DNA from: Iphione sp. A-MEVVRFRX5
Lineage: Eukaryota
Direction of reading: 5' to 3'
Assembly: GCA_976226885.1 (NCBI GenBank)
Contig: OZ320318.1
Coordinates: 69,626,001-69,690,000, forward strand
DNA length: 64,000 nucleotides
Shown here: piece by piece, positions 62,509 through 64,000 of the stretch
How the letters are laid out: every line of letters begins with the position of its first letter
How positions within the stretch are numbered: position 1 is the stretch's first letter
Translations under genes and position numbers: made by a program
Notes under the pieces: generated by a model
What the model was told of the DNA's origin: nothing
Database searches by the model: none
The model's input: the letters and a program-made list of their open reading frames with translations, nothing else

Positions 62509-64000
62509 CTAGTATGAAGTGGCGTCCATGACATTCAGGCCCATGGGTGCCACCGTATGCAAGCGTCGTATCCAGTTTTGTTCAACTAGATCCCTCAATC
62601 GCTTTGCTTTCAAGCTATCTGGGCTAGCATGTATGAAATCCACCACATGTATCTCTACATCGGCGATACCCTGATGTCCGTCGGTGTTGTAGTGGTCACC
62701 GATAATGGAGTTTGGCGGGTTGCGTTTAATATTCCAGAAATGACCCTGGAATCGGTCCATCAATCTATTTTTCGTTTGGCTGACGTATTGCACGCCGCAC
62801 CTGGAACAGCTCATACAGTAGATGATGTTTGAGCTTTTGCAGCTCACTTTGATCTTGGTTGTGTAGCTGCGTCCACTGTAATTGCTGATGATGCTGCCCG
62901 ATTTGTTGATTTTCGGGCAATATCGGCAGGATCTGGTGTTGCATTGGTTGTTAGTGCTACTCCTATTTTTCTATTCCGGTAGGAGAGGTACCTTCGCTCT
63001 TACTAGTAAGTCACGGAGGTTCTTAGGTCGTCTGAGTCCACATGTGTAGCCAAGTTTGTGGGTCTCCCGTGTGGCACATGATTTGCCAAGGAGGTCCCAA
63101 TTTGTGGCTACGCTGTGTTTCAGGCCATTATAGGCGGGGTTGTATGTAGTCACCAAGATGGAGGTGTCTTCCTTCCCGTCTCTTTTCCTGATGGCTCCCT
63201 CCCTTGGTAGAAGGGACTGTTGGGTTAAGGCACTCACCTGGTGGTAAGCATTGGTGACTAGTTCGGGTGGGTAGCCCTTGCTGATGAAGGCCTTACCTAG
63301 TTTGATCGCTGAGTTCACGTAGTCAGCGTCCGTGCTGCTGATGCGTCTGGCGCGTAACAGTTGGCCATAAGGTATACCTCTTTTGCAGTGATTCGGATGA
63401 CATGATGAGTATGGCAAGTAGTTGAAACTGTCTGTTGGCTTGTGGTAGACCTTGGTGAATAGACTACGTTTAGATGAAACATAGACCATGGTGTCCAAGA
63501 AGTTGATTTCTTGTGTGAATTGTTCGAGGGTGAACTTGATGCTTTTATGACATGTGTTTAGATGTGTCACAAAGCGTTCTAGTTCGTCTTTGCCATGAGT
63601 CCAGACTGCAAAGACGTCGTATATGTACCTTAGCCATACTAGCGGTTGTAGTCGGTAGGTATAGACATGCCTCTCTTCTAGGTGTGACATAAAGAGGTTG
63701 GCGTACGTAGGGGCGACTCGTGTGCCCATCGCGGTACCTGAGACCTGTAAGTAATGGGTCCCATTGAATCTAAAGTTGTTGAGTCTTAGCACCATGCTCA
63801 ACAGTTGGCAGATGCTATCTGTGTTGGTGTTCCCCTTTAGTAGGCTCCGATTGGAGTCTATGAGGGTTCTGATCGCCGCTATACCGTCTCCATGGGGTAT
63901 GATCGTATATAGCGATGTCACATCTAGAGTGCATAAGATGGAGTCATGCGGGATGTAGGGGATACTGTAGATCTTCTTGAGAAAATCTGTGGTGTCCTTT
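62509..64000 (-). mobile_element. Penelope-like retroelement (RT + Zn-linker + GIY-YIG), inactive, runs off the window
   Basis: DVTSLYT, GTAMGTRVAPTYANLFM, RYIYD (decayed YIDD), C-x4-C-x2-C linker, IIYC...YVSQT (GIY-YIG). ORFs 62971-63921 and 62509-62847 are in one frame, split by a single TAG. Confidence 0.92.

Noticed and set aside
62971-62973. In-frame stop in the PLE as programmed recoding (selenocysteine, as in Naiad-type elements)
   Set aside because: The codon is TAG, not TGA. The RT YIDD and GIY-YIG YVG motifs are also mutated, so simple decay explains it.

Overview
Eukaryotic, transposon-dense genomic DNA. The mix of elements (Penelope-like, DIRS, Gypsy, MULE, pogo, piggyBac, P, Kolobok/Sola-like) suggests a marine invertebrate; this is inference. 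Two host-type genes appear to sit head-to-head at a CpG-rich promoter near 33.6-34.5 kb. One is an intronless 10-finger C2H2 zinc-finger gene (+, 34543-36354). The other is a spliced minus-strand gene that the ORF track misses. I rebuilt it from splice sites as four tandemly duplicated Pro-rich phase-0 mini-exons, an SGNH/GDSL hydrolase-fold domain in three exons, an RG-rich exon and a short last exon with AATAAA. Its coding exons contain several near-perfect RNA hairpins. An ~11 kb MULE (22626-33598; TIRs, 9-bp TSD with 8/9 match) lies between the exons and the putative first exon. It carries an intact three-exon PHD-FLYWCH-DDE transposase, a histone H2B 3' fragment with its stem-loop, and a homogeneous 103-bp satellite array. 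The right half is a graveyard of nested decayed elements. It ends in a Penelope-like element whose 3' region holds a hammerhead ribozyme core with about 186 nt inserted in loop III. All gene models and folds were derived by eye and need computational or transcript confirmation.
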